From Azolla caroliniana (lineage: Eukaryota > Plantae > Polypodiophyta), in contig JBHGNT010000017.1 of the NCBI GenBank assembly GCA_043228905.1, forward strand, positions 9,548,001-9,612,000: a DNA stretch of 64,000 bases. Direction: 5' to 3'. Positions 1 through 12,600 of this stretch are shown here, one piece after another (position 1 is the stretch's first letter; the number at the start of each line of letters is the position of its first letter). Made by a program: the position numbers and the translations under genes. The notes beneath the pieces are model-generated. The model ran no database searches, was not told the DNA's origin, and was given only the letters and a program-made list of their open reading frames with translations.

Positions 1-858
1 TTAGGCCTTGTCCGGCTAGAGAATAACACCGACATCTTCACCAAGATGTTCGGATCAGACAAGTTGCAACACTTTACCGACATGCTTGGTATTCAGCATC
101 TCGACGTGACGCACTTGAGGGGGAGAAGCAAGGGCAAAGTCTCTACCGAAACAGGCAAAGGCCAAAAAAATGTTGAACCCGTCGGTAAGAGGAGAGCCGG
201 AAGAAGAGGAGACAAGAAGATGAAGGAAGCTGAGTCGACAAAGGAAGTCGACACATCCGAACAGGTCGGAGCAAGCAGCTGTGAAGAAGAATTGTGCACT
301 CAGGAAGAGAAGTGCATGTTGTGCGGAGGTCATCACGACGGTACTGACCATGATGCGGAGTCGAATGAAGAATTCGATTTCGGTTCACCGGCTGAAGAAG
401 TTGAGGGAAGCATGGAGAAGGCCAAGACTCGGAAGTGGTCCGATGTGGTGAGAGGCCTAAAGCCGGAAGTCGAATCGGAGTGTACCGATTCGGACAAGAG
501 CTGGAACGAGTCGGAGACAGCTGACTCGGATCAACAGATGGATCCGGATGAGTCGGATCGACTGAAGGACAAGGGGACACGGACACAGCGGAAGTCGATG
601 CCATCGTGGGAGAACCGACGGATCGGCAAGCGCCGGAGTCACAGCAACGTGAGTGCTGAGATGGGCCTATTGAGCAGACATGCCGACCGAGAGGGTCGAG
701 GTGCGCAGAACCAAAGGGGTCGCGGCAAACGGAACCGGACCGGACGAGGAGCGCGAGCAAGGCGGAGTGACGCCAGGAGAAGTCGGTTGGAAGAACCGAT
801 TGACACAAAGGTCGACACTACGACCCCACCTCAGGTTGAGCTTGAGGGGGAGTGTTGA
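1..858 (+). CDS. Copia pol C-terminus with about 240 aa of charged in-frame extension (5' partial)
   Basis: ORF 46..858 runs from the RNase H tail to a stop inside the LTR. A homologous extension (WSDVV.GLK motif) occurs at about 22816-23380. Confidence 0.7.
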   Translation, partial: LGLVRLENNTDIFTKMFGSDKLQHFTDMLGIQHLDVTHLRGRSKGKVSTETGKGQKNVEPVGKRRAGRRGDKKMKEAESTKEVDTSEQVGASSCEEELCTQEEKCMLCGGHHDGTDHDAESNEEFDFGSPAEEVEGSMEKAKTRKWSDVVRGLKPEVESECTDSDKSWNESETADSDQQMDPDESDRLKDKGTRTQRKSMPSWENRRIGKRRSHSNVSAEMGLLSRHADREGRGAQNQRGRGKRNRTGRGARARRSDARRSRLEEPIDTKVDTTTPPQVELEGEC

Positions 859-1181
859 GCGGCAAGCTCAACCGGAGCCGGATCGGCTGAATAAGCCGGA
901 GCCGGTAAGTGAGACGGATCGGGTGAAACGGATTGGTATGACGGTGAGCAACCGAACCGGCAAGCAGTGGAGGCCGGGTGCAATCCGTAATCGGAAGTCC
1001 AATCGGAAGCCTAGTATAGGATAGACTACTAGGTAGCTATAGTCTCGTAGTAAGTGTTAGATGCTCGTGTGAGCATTGAAGTACATGGTACTTCTGTCAG
1101 TCCCAAGAGGACTTGTATAAATAGTGCTACTTAGCATAGTGTGTGTACAGAGTTTTGATATAATTTTGAAATTGTGTTCTG

Positions 1182-1232
<51 letters not shown>

Positions 1233-1271
1233 GTTCTCTGTTTTACGCTTCCGCAAACACTTACGTTCACA
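853..1271 (+). repeat. Copia-C 3' LTR containing a (TG)n microsatellite at about 1185-1230
   Basis: TG...CA termini; TATAAA at about 1116; similar to LTRs at 7720, 22399, 27416 and 47921. Confidence 0.88.
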
Positions 1272-4200
1272 AGGGGCCACACAAATGCCCCACAATCCAC
1301 ACTTCAAATCTACCAAAACTTGATTTTTCTCTAGAAATTTTCAAATGTGCCTCCTCTAAATTCTTCAATATGTCTTCACAGTCTACTTTATGATCTAAGA
1401 CGAATTTCCGACATCCATCCGATCCAACTTCTTCATCCTTCTCCTCTTCTAGAAATCCTTTAATCAGAATGTCATCCAAGAAAGGCATTGTTCGATGAGG
1501 AATGTGATCCCTGAGCACCTTATTCATTGTGTTCATCATATGAGCGACAGAATTAGTTGCGCCTTGTGGTAAAGTACACATTCGAACCAGCCCAATAGGT
1601 GTACGCATTATAGTAATATCCCTACTATCCAAAGCAAGCTGAAATTGATCATATCCGGAATATAAATCAACCATGGAGTAGATAGCTCTACCTGCAAAAG
1701 TTTCTGCGAAGGAATCCACGACGGGACCAACTCCTGAATTCCGAATCGTTACTTTGTTAACTGGTTGGAGATCTTGAATGAACCTGAGAGATCCATTCTT
1801 TTTTGGTACTGTAAACCACCGGTTAGAATACGGAGCATTCGAAGGCTCCAAGATACCCATCCACACCTTCTCTTTTAGCAACTGAATGAGTTTCGGAATA
1901 TGAGCTCTTGGAACAGGAATTGGTTTCAAGTCCCAAGGCATATGAGGGACAATAAAGATAATCATTGGCTCCACCAGTTGTGGGTCCACACAACCTATCT
2001 CTGAAGGTGAAAAAGCAAAAGCCTTACCATGTTGAGATAACATATTTCGAAATTGGCTTTCTTCAGCTTGATTAAGGAAATCACCCCCTCCTATCTGAAG
2101 CTTCCCTTGCGAAGACTCCGTAAACACATGACCAATCCTCCTTGGATCTCGTAACATTGGTTCTTCCTTCACCCTTTTTAGCCGATCTACGCTATCAACC
2201 GGCAATGGTTCCGCTACATGTTGAACTTCCGATCCACTGTCTTATATTTAGTATGGACGCGAGCAACCATATCCATCCGATTTTGAAATGTTGCAATTTC
2301 AGCATACATATCCACTGAATTGGCCGGAATAAAAAATGACTGACCTTCATTTGAATACAAAGAATTATCCAACTCTCCAATTGTATCCACAAAGGAAAGT
2401 TCTTCCATAATTCCTCACACCTGATCATCTGGTTCTAGAATCCGATGTTTAAGAAGCATCACCCAAATGTCTTCCACATTTACTTGGCTTTTACGATTTA
2501 AATCATCAATAGAAGAAAATGAGATTGCTTCGGTATAAGAAACATAAACTTTATTATTTCTGGAACAATTATTCTCATACAGGGACTTTTGTTGTCCTGG
2601 ACTATTATAGCCCTGTTTTATAATAGTCCTAACTAAAAATTCTGATCAGAGGATACATGTAAACTATCCTTATTTCTTTCATGATTAGGTCAAACTGTCT
2701 GAAATTGTATTGTCCTTCCACCATCCATATCTTTGATTCGAGCATAGGCCGATCCACCATCCAATACCTTGGTCTCCATGCGGATAGCAACCATAAAGGG
2801 TTGCCCCAATATAACTGGATATGTGGCTGAATCCTGAATAAAGAAATGTTGAAGCACAGTAACACCACCGATTGACACCTCCACATTTGGGCAAGCTCCA
2901 GATAACTCCTCTGATGATTGTGTTGCTGCTTGAATCCTCCAATGGTGATAAGAAGTCATCAATCACCCTCCTTGCTTGTAAACCTCCAAGGACATGAGGT
3001 TTATCTCCGAGCCACTATCAATCAGAGCCATGACTGCCTCCGATAAACCACCAAGTTGTACTTTCATTTTTGTAGTTGCCCAAGCCCAGTGATTCCGAGT
3101 AAAGTGGCTCCTCGGAATATTATCTTCATGCTTCAGCACTTGTGTAGATCTTTCTTTCCATCCAGCCTCCTTTGCAGTCATTGTTGTATCAACCGGAATT
3201 CGCTTTCTTCGCATCTTCTCCAGTAAATCATCCTGAACTTCCTTTTTGGAGGCTGCTAACAAGTTTCCTAATGGAACCGAGACATGTTGCTTTAGAACAT
3301 AATTTTCAATGAAAGAGAAAGCATCTACCTGTTGTTCCAATTCAGTCCGCATCCGGAATGTTGGAGATGACTTCTTGGATACTTGTACAAGGTTTGGTTC
3401 AACCTTTTGCATGTCCAAATTTTGCTTTCCGGATGGGGAATGAAAATCAGCCCTCTTTAGAACTCGTTCACGATCCAACTCTTCCTCTCTTCTCCTCTTC
3501 TCCTCTACCATCACATCATAATTTGTGGGAAAAGTTGGATCACTCCAACCAATCTTTTGACAACCATCTTCAATAAGAACAGTTTGAATAGTTGGATCTT
3601 GCTTGGGCAATTCAATTAATCGAATAGCAGCCAAAGTAGAACGGAAAATAGTTTGTGCATGTCGAAGCTCTTCTTCCTCCAAAAGCTTTTTCATTCCTCC
3701 TCGCCCAAAATTTGTGTTTAGTGCTTGACGAGTCACGGATGAGTGGATAAACCGATTCATGTAGAATATGAGGTTCTTCTACATTGTCTCCTGATGCACC
3801 GCACACTCCGATCTTCGATGCTCCAAACTGTCACACCATAAGCATCGAAAATCCCTAGTCGGAAGAGTTCGTTGCACTTGTGGCTGATGTTGCACCTTCA
3901 ACATGGAAGAAATCTTCCACTCCATGAATTGCTTCACTAGGTCATCTACGTCACTTGGTTGTGATTTCTCCATAGATGCCTCAATCCCTGTTCTTGTCTT
4001 CAAAGAAGAGGTCGGAGTAGCGTTTCCAAGTCCCTTTGAGCCCAACCATGTTCTTCTTTTCTCATATTGAAGGCAGATGGACCGAATTCGGCTCCAGTCC
4101 TCCTCTAAACCTGTTTCAGTTTCACTTGATTCCATAAGTTTACCTAGCTCTACCCTATCTGCATAGGGAACCGAGCGAAGGAAGAGAACCACCTTCTCTG

Positions 4201-4696
4201 GTTCAAGCAAAGTTTGCTCCCGAACTGAGAGTTGTCGGAACTTTGCTTCAAAATCAATAAGGGTCTCTAGAACTGACCCATGCTTCTTCTCCAACTCCAC
4301 CCAAGCTTCAAATGCCCGCCGAGTCATCTTGGTGGAATCAACATGATTAAAAACACCGATCAAATCACGACGGAATGCCTCCCATTCAACATCTTGCATT
4401 TGAAGCTCTTCTATGATAGGAAGAACATCGGCAACTACCACACGATGGAAGTTGAATTTCTTCAAATCAGCGGGAATATTCCGATCTAACATCTCCTCAT
4501 CGAACACCTGCAAAAATCGGGTCACATCCTTTCCAATGAATGGACCTAACTTTTCTAATAACCCATCCACACCTCGATGTAGATTCAGACTCCTCTCCCT
4601 CCCTGTGAGAATAGCTTCTAGAATTGATTGAAGTTGTGCTACATCCATGTTAGAAGAGGTAAAATCGCAAAGAACTCACTCTCCTTGCTGCCCGTT

Positions 4697-4714
4697 TTCA
4701 CGTCGGGTTCACCA
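4697..4714 (-). promoter_or_regulatory. Primer-binding site complementary to the tRNA-Trp 3' end
   Basis: TGGTGAACCCGACGTGAA two bases inside the LTR end, identical to 37633-37650. Confidence 0.85.
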
Positions 4715-4716
4715 CA

Positions 4717-5964
4717 TGTCGTGTCGAAGCACGTCGCGTATAAGAGCTTGGCGTGTCCGGGCGGAACTGCTGGGGTTCTGAACCAGGAGAGTGGAAATAA
4801 GAAGATGAAAGAGAAGAGTGGGAAGTTGAGCTGGAAGTATCTTGATAGTCACGAGTGGTTTGCAGCCCTACCCGCGAAGACAAAAACCTTATATCGTTCC
4901 AGCTACTTAACCAAATTAAGTGTGCAAACACAGATTGGAAAGCCCTCTGGAAGAGCTTTCCAATGACCTATAGAACATGAAAAAACAGACGTTAGAATTG
5001 AGAATTATAAGGAAAATACCATACAACGCTACTCCTCAAACGCAAACGAAGAAGAAAGGCCAAAATAGGAAATTCACTATTTCTTTGAGAGAAAAACCCT
5101 TTACAAAATAGGACACTTTTGATTGTTTTCCCCCCCCATCCATGACAATAATCCTCCCCTCTTATACTAAATCGATGTCATTACATGTAGAGAAACTTTG
5201 CATGTGCGTTATATGGTGCACATGAAATACATTACATGGTTTTGACTACACAACATTTGTTCTAAAATAATGCAAATAAATCCCTAAGAACAATAATACT
5301 AAAGAAACTTGAGTCTAGAATGTAAATCAACTCCAATGAGTTGAATTAGGTGGATCTCCAAGGAGTGATGGGTCACCAAACCAAGTCGAGATGCATGGTT
5401 GTAGTTGCGGCAAGTGTGGAATCGTGGTGGCACCAATTGGTCGTATCCCTTTATGACACCGGTTCGCATCCGACTCAGTCCATCCGATCCGCATCAGACC
5501 CGGTGATCCGGTCCATTCGGTCCGGTTCTGGTTCCGTCGCCATCTGTCTGGGTACGGCTCTGTCCAAAACACTATTTGAATAGCTTGGCCGCATGCATTC
5601 ATCCAAGTTATATAACCGAACCTTTTTGTGCTCCTAGCACATAGATGAATATAAAGAGATATGGCTCTATTTATATAATCTTGAATCATGATGTTGTTCT
5701 ATCTATATGGGATATCTCACAATTTTGTTTTTCTCTTCTTCTTCTTAACTTCACATTCACATAACTTGACATTTAGTTGTCTGTTTCAAATGTAGTAAAG
5801 TACATTCGGAAGCTCTTGAGGACCTGCATCTTTTTGTACGAAGATATTAAACTAGTATAAAATAATATCTTCACTATTATTGTTTTATGTTGTGTGTGAA
5901 GAACCACACTCGATTTTGTACATTCCATTCAATTTTCATACCGTTGGCGAAAATCTTTATGACA
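4717..5964 (-). repeat. Gypsy-A 5' LTR (about 1.25 kb)
   Basis: Minus-strand termini TGTCAT...ACGACA; adjacent to the PBS; distal part similar to 32.9-33.16 kb; flanked by CCGG. Confidence 0.75.
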
Positions 5965-8900
5965 CCGGGTACCGGGCCAAGAGTAGAATTTAGCAATACC
6001 TGGAAGGCGTATTGTTACTATTGCCGCCAGGAAGGCCATTACAGAAACCAATGTTCGGTAAAAGGTAACAAAAAATGACCGACAATCAATATGGTGGTAG
6101 CAGAAGTAGCGGATATACAACAAGTCACCACCAGATCAAAAGGAAAGACAACAGAGTGGGAAGCACAGGAGACCATACGAAAACAGACCACCGAATGGAT
6201 TGAAAAGGCCAACGAATGCAACATCACTGAAATGAAAGAGCAAACGAATGTAGTGGAGGAACTCACCGAAAAGGCACAGCCGGAGAACCCCACGTGGCAA
6301 GCAGTTCAGGAATGCCAAATCACGTTACCACTGGGCCGGTTACTACAACTAGTGCCCCGGTTCACCGACAGGTTGAAATCGGTGTTGGCTCCGTTAAGTC
6401 CTGCACCGGCTCTGGCATTCCTTTCAAATCCGGAGGAAGGACCGACAGTGGTGGACATCGGTAGTTTGGCAATCACTGCGATTATTAAAGGACGGGAGCT
6501 ACCGGGTACGATAGTCGATGGAGGAGCAGGAGTAAACGTGATAAGTCTTCGGACATGCCACACCTTGGGAATTCAGGAGTGGGAACCATGCCCATTATGG
6601 CTCCGGATGGCAGACACCAGCTCAGTCCGACAGGCCGGCTTGATCCAGGACTTGGAGGTGACGATCGAAGGCCATGCTTTCCAAATTTCGGCGGTAGTCT
6701 TCCAGTTCAACGCTCAAGGGGCATACCCACTATTGCAGGGACGATCGTGGCTGAGGATTACCCATATCAAACAGAATTGGCAGAAGAACAATATTACATT
6801 CCTAAGAGGGAAAACGAAAGTAAGAGTACCCACGCAACCGCGAGCAGGCCCCGACAAAGACGTAACCCCACAATATGCTGAAAGCGTGAACATGCTGGCA
6901 TGATTGGCCGAGGAGGAGGTGGATCGCTACCTTGAAGGGAACCCAAGGATAGTCCCTCTGTTCGAAGTGGACGTGGTAGAAGCGGTATCTCCATACATTG
7001 TGCAGACGGAAGAGGCCGGTGAGGAACCGGGTAAGGATGCAATCTGGGAACTACAGCAAGCATAAGAAGCCTTGGAATGGGAAATGGCGGTATCCCAACA
7101 AGTAAAGGCGTCCCAACTAGAAGAAGTAAATTTGGGCATCGGAGAGGAAGCGTGTCCGGTACACGTGGCCAAGGAGATGTCACTAGAGGACAAATCGACA
7201 ATGATAACATTATTAAAAGAATTACGATACGTATTATGAAGATATGCGGGGACTTGACCCTCAACTCTATCAACACCAGATTCACCTCAACAAGGACGCT
7301 AAGCCGGTGGCACAACGATGCTATCAGATGAACCCAAACTACGCGGCAAGAGTAAAGGAGGAAATTGACAAGCTACTCAGGGTCGGCTTTACCCGGCCGG
7401 TGAAGCAAGCCACTTGGCTAAGTCTAATTGTCATAGTGCCGAAGAAGAACGGCAAGATCCGTGTCTGCATGGATTATCGAAAATTGAATGCGGCGACAGT
7501 TACCAATGCATTTCCACTTCCGTTTACGGATGGAGTTTTAGATGTGGTAGCCGGGCACGAGGTTTATAGATTCCTTGATGGTTTCAACGGATATAACCAA
7601 ATAAGGATGCACCCAGACGATCAAGAAAAGGCGACGTTCATGACAGAGTGGGGAGTCTTTGTAGTAGTTGTAATGATGTTCGGACTCAAGACGGCGCCGA
7701 CAACCTTTTAGAGGATTATTATTGAGATACAAGCTCAACATTGGCCAGATCGGTTGTGCAAGCCGAGAACCGGATTGGTTGGGACCGATCGGTTAAGCCG
7801 GACCGGTGCGCAAACCAGTGCACAATGCGAAGTTGTAGTGGTGCGTAAACCGCGAGGCCATTGGAAAGATATTCCGCGTACGAATATATTTTGGGAGTTA
7901 GTGTAGAGCTCATTTATGAGCATTGAAGTACGTGTTAGTACTTCTGTCAGTCCGTATGGACTTGTATAAAAGTGCTCATTGAGCACATCGTATGTATAGA
8001 CTGAGTATTATTATTTTGAGTAGAGTTGTGTGCATTGTCTCTCTCTCCCTCTCTGTGTGTGTCTCTCCTGCGTACTGTGTGTGTCCAACCTTTCCATTAA
8101 ACCTGTGTTTGTTTTTCCTACATTCGGTTTTCTGTTGCTTTCGCATGTTGTTCTTTTTACAATTATTTTGGAAGTATTTGGAGAATTCATACCGGCATTT
8201 ATGCAGGTATTCCTGGATGACTTCACGGTATTTAGCCGGAAAGGGGAACATCTCGACCATCTCAGGTTAAGCTTGGAAAAGTGCAGAGGATACCGGTTAA
8301 GCTTAAACTTGGCAAAATGCATCTTTGGTGTGACCAACGGCACATTGCTGGGTCATATTGTTAGCAAGGAAGGGATTGCCATGGACCCGGATAAGGTCAA
8401 GGCTATTTTGTAGGCACCGGCACCGACGACCGCCAAGGCTTTAAGCCGGTTCTTAGGACAGATCCAGTGGCATAGCTGGATGCTCTGGTACTTGGCAGAC
8501 CTCGCCACGCCACTGCACGCATCCATTTAAATGGACGAATGAAGAGGACAAGGCTTACCGCGCACTCAAGGTAATGTTGTCACAAGCACCAGTGGTACAA
8601 CCCTCGGACTAGTCAAAAGAGTTCCATGTCTTCGTGGACACGTCGAATATCACAATCGGCAGCCTACTCATGCAACTTACCGAACCTAAGTGGTACCGGC
8701 CAGTGTACTACGCTAGCTAGAAGCTGTCAAAGGTAGAACAAAATTATTCCACTACGGAAAGATATACAGTGTCACCAAATACTATCATTATTTGTTGGGC
8801 CGCAAGTTTTTATTCCATGTAGACCGTTCAATGCTTTTATACGTGGTCTCAAAGGCATCACTCACCGGCAAGCTGGCCAAGTGGACATTATTATTACAAG

Positions 8901-9111
8901 AATTTGAATTTGAGATCTATCATCGGCCGGGTATACAACATGCGGTTGCCGATTACTTGAGCCTGTTAGAATCCGGAGAGACCGATGACGGTGGTCAAGA
9001 TGAATTTCCGGATGCTGCATTGTTTAAAATTACAGTCGAAACCACGGTAGATGGGATAATCGCGGACGAGGACAAATGGCTAACGAATATGCACCAGTTC
9101 TTAAGAACCGG
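5965..9111 (+). mobile_element. Gypsy-B internal fragment (gag zinc knuckle, protease, RT, RNase H), decayed
   Basis: CYYCRQEGHYRNQC, IVDGGAGVN, MMFGLKTAP, FLDDF and an RNase H with YYAS.KLS; bounded on both sides by Gypsy-A insertions. Confidence 0.88.
7720..8161 (+). repeat. Copia-C solo LTR inserted in Gypsy-B RT
   Basis: TSD ATTAT at 7715-7719 and 8162-8166. Removing it restores RT (..RIILEVFGEFIPAFMQVFLDDF). The 5' TG is mutated to TA. Confidence 0.9.
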
Positions 9112-9664
9112 TGTTGTGTTACGCTCACGGGTAGGAAATAAGGCGGTACCATGGGGGCCTTGAACCAAGGAACGTGAGAGAGAGAGAAAGAGAGAGACTC
9201 GCTGAAACACAGTGAGAAAGAAAATGAAAGAATCAAATACAATAAAAATATAGATTACAACTTGCAATGTTACAACCGGCAAGCCGGTGATAAACTGGAC
9301 ACAAACGAATGCAGGCCCTGAAATACGTGGTGGAGCCTCTACCGGAAGCACGCGGCTTTCACACAGTAGAGGCAGCCAACCTAACCCCAAAATCCTGGCA
9401 CTTCGTCCTCTCTAAATGCCCGATCCTCACTCAGGCCCTTTCCCTCTCCTTTTATAGCACAAGGAGAGAGCCATTTACAGACCGTTAAATCCCTGTTATT
9501 CTCTTCGATTCCCTACTTAATGAACTAGTGCTACCTAGGATAATTACATCGTCGGCCTGTACTTAACTATGTATATAAATATATCAAAACATGTGCCCAT
9601 GTGTAAGGGCCTGTTCACGCATATCATCCACGGATTTCTCTTAGGGACGGTTTTCTCCATGACA
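9112..9664 (-). repeat. Gypsy-A 3' LTR
   Basis: TG..CA termini; highly similar to 13943-14444 and related to 15970-16641. Confidence 0.85.
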
Positions 9665-12600
9665 TCCACCCCCAGCTAACCGCGCATCCTCAGGTATGTG
9701 CTAGAATAGACTTCTACCGGAGAAGACCGGCCCACGATTATCTTTCGTTCTCCAGTTCGTCACCTGCTTTGAACCGGTCATCATCGCCATTCACATGCTT
9801 CGAACCGGTCAAGGCTGCTGTCGTAGACCAGAACCCAGTCTCCTTCCTCGATTTTCCTTGGTCGTAGTCAGTGAGTCTGGTTGAATCGCCCCTTGTTCTT
9901 TGCCCTTGCTGCGCGTAGCTTCGCCGTTGCTTGTTCTACATCCTCTGATATTCTCTCAATCTGTTGGATTCGCGCCGCTAACAGCTCCTCTCAACTCATC
10001 TCATCTCTCGAGTCCACCGTAGTCGATGAGGAGATCGTTCCCTCCATCGGCATGATCGGCTTCTGCCCGTAGATCAGCTCTACCGGCATGAACCCGATTA
10101 CTGAACTGTGCGTAGTTCGGTCTGCCCACCATGCGTAGGGTAGGAGCCGTGGCCAATTCCCGACTTGGTCTCCGCAGGCCCGTACCAACGCCTTTACAAT
10201 TGGCCCGTGTCCGCGTTCCACCTTCCCGTTTGCCTCCGGGTTGTATGCCATAGTGAGGGAGAGCTTGACCCCTAGCCGGTCGAACAACTCTTCGACTTCT
10301 TGCACGTCCAGCTCCCCTCGATCTGCCATGATCTTTCCTACACACCCATACCAGCACACTACCTCCTCAATCAAGAATCGGCACACCGCCGCAATCGTCT
10401 GATTTTGCAGTGCGCGACCCTCCACTTGGTTCGTCAAGTCTTCTCATGCCAACACCAAGTACTGCATCTACCCTAACCCCATAGGCATCGTCACTAGATC
10501 CACCATCCACTTGAAGTGGACGGTCGGCGGGTAAGTCGGGTATAGCTCATCCCGATGTCGGACTCTGGAATGCATCTGACAACTTTCGCAAGTCGTTATG
10601 AACCGATGCACGTCCCGGTATAGTCCCGGCCACCAGTACTTCTCCTTCAACTTCTCGAACGTGGCCCATGTCCCCCGGTGCCTGGCCCAAGGACTCTCGT
10701 GGTACGCCGTTAGCAATGCTTCCTGCTCCTCCTTCCTTGCCACCACCCGGAGTGGGACTCCATTTCACTTCTTCGGGTGCTTCCATATGCTTCCGTCTCG
10801 CAGGAAGAATCAGTACGCATTCTTTCGGATCCGGTGAGCCTCTTCCCTCGTCCATGCCGCTCCTGACGTCATCGTCTTCAAGAACCCATTGATCTAGAGC
10901 CACTCCCCATCATACTTGCTCTCGTTGAACTCGTTAAGCACCGAAGTGCTCCCAGCCTTTGCCGCTATGCGAGCTGACTTGAAGAAGTCCTCACCAACTT
11001 CTTCATTCTCTGAAACCATGCCATGCCGTCTTCGTCGTTGAACCGTGCTCTTGAAAGCATATCCGCCATGGTGTTGTCCTTACCAGAGATGTGTCGTATC
11101 TCCAGATTTAGAGACTTGATGTACGCGATCCACCTAAGCATTGCCAGGTCTAGAGTCGCGCATCCGGAAACCATACCGAGAATTGGTAGGCAGTTCGTCT
11201 CGATTATTACTTCCGTCCCGATTAGATAGTTCTTGTCAGCCTTGATTGCCGAAATGATACCCCACAGTTTGCGCTTGACCTAGGAGTATCCTCGCTGTCG
11301 CTCGCTCAATACCTTCACCCCGAATTGGATTGGGAACCACACGCCACTCTCGTCCTCCTGATTGATCACCCATCCGATCCTGGTCGGGCTTGTGTCTACA
11401 GTTACGTTGACGGGGACCTTCTTGCCGTAGACCGCCTTCCGGAGAGCCGATGCCGCGGTAAGCGCCTCTTTTAATGTTCGGATTGATTCCATATGTTCGT
11501 TCCTCCATTAGAAATTTCGCCCTTTCTTAAGTAACCCGTAGAGCGGTTCCGCGACGTGTGTGTAATGCGGGATCCAAATGTGATAGAATGCGCATGCCCC
11601 TAGGAACGTCCGCACCTCCGTAACTGACTTGCATTCTTCCTTCATCGCGGAGATGGCCTCTACCTTCGCCGGAGACGGTTTTCGGCTGTCAGGCCTGCAC
11701 AGGTGACCGACCACAAGGATCTCTGGCTGCCCGAAAGTTGACTTCTCTTCGGAGAGGGTGAGCCGTGCACCCTCTAGTCTTTGCAGTACCTTCTCGCAGT
11801 CGTCAATGTGGTACACCACGAATCTCCGGCATCCGTCCGTCCCAACCATTTCATCCCTATCCTCCACTGGGCACCCCTTTATCGGTATATCATCCAGAAA
11901 TGGCATGCTAATGTCTGGGATGCAGTCCCTCAGCACCTTGTTCATCACAATCACCATGTGTGCCACTGAGTTCGTCCCTCCCTGCGGTAGAGTACACATC
12001 CGCACTAAGCCGAGAGGTGTCCGCATCGTCGTGACATCCCTGCTCTCCTCGGCTAGTTGGAACTGGTCGTACCCTGAGTATAGATCCCCGACCAAATAGA
12101 TCGACCTCCCGGCGAAGGCCTCTGCAAACTCGTTGATCGTCGGTCCGACTCCTGCGTTTCGAATGGTCACTTTATTGACCAGCTGTAGGTCCTGAATGAA
12201 GTGAAACGTGCCATTCTTCTTAGGCACAATAAACCACCGATTCGAGTATGGGGCACTCGACGGTTCGAGGACGCCCATCTCCACCTTCTGCTTTAGCGGC
12301 TCCATTAGCTTCGGGATGTGAGCTCTGGGCACTGGGATCGGTTTGAGATTCCACGACACATGCGGTACCATAAAAATAACCATCCGCTCAACGACCGTCG
12401 GGTCCACGCACCCGATCTCTCCCGACGAGAATGCGAAGGCCTTCCCGTGCCTCCTGAGCATTCTTCGAAACCGTTACTCCTCCGCCGGCGGTAGAAAGCC
12501 ACCCCCACCAACCTTGAGTTCCCATAGCGTTATGTTGGTGAACTGGTGACCTATACCGGCCGGATCCTGTAGACTTGGGTCCGCCACGACCCCTTTCATT

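Larger units (their letters stand above)
1..1271 (+). mobile_element. 3' end of Ty1/copia element (family C): RNase H C-terminus, extension ORF, PPT and 3' LTR; inserted into Gypsy-A pol
   Basis: Copia RNase H end (DIFTK..DKL..F..MLG); PPT GAGGGGGAG at 844-852; LTR TGTTGAG...TTCACA; the gypsy RT on the minus strand is cut exactly at 1272 (..VGHLCGP). Confidence 0.88.
1272..5964 (-). mobile_element. Gypsy-A element, 5' half (5' LTR, PBS, gag, protease, RT), decayed
   Basis: gag 3779-4648 with CLWCDSLEHRRSEC knuckle; protease LIDSGSEINL; RT LPQGATNS/FLDDI; several stops and a frameshift; collinear with the intact copy at 36795. Confidence 0.9.

Noticed and set aside
1124-1393. ORFs with CVCVCV or THTHTH runs
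   Set aside because: These are translations of the (TG)n microsatellite in the LTR.
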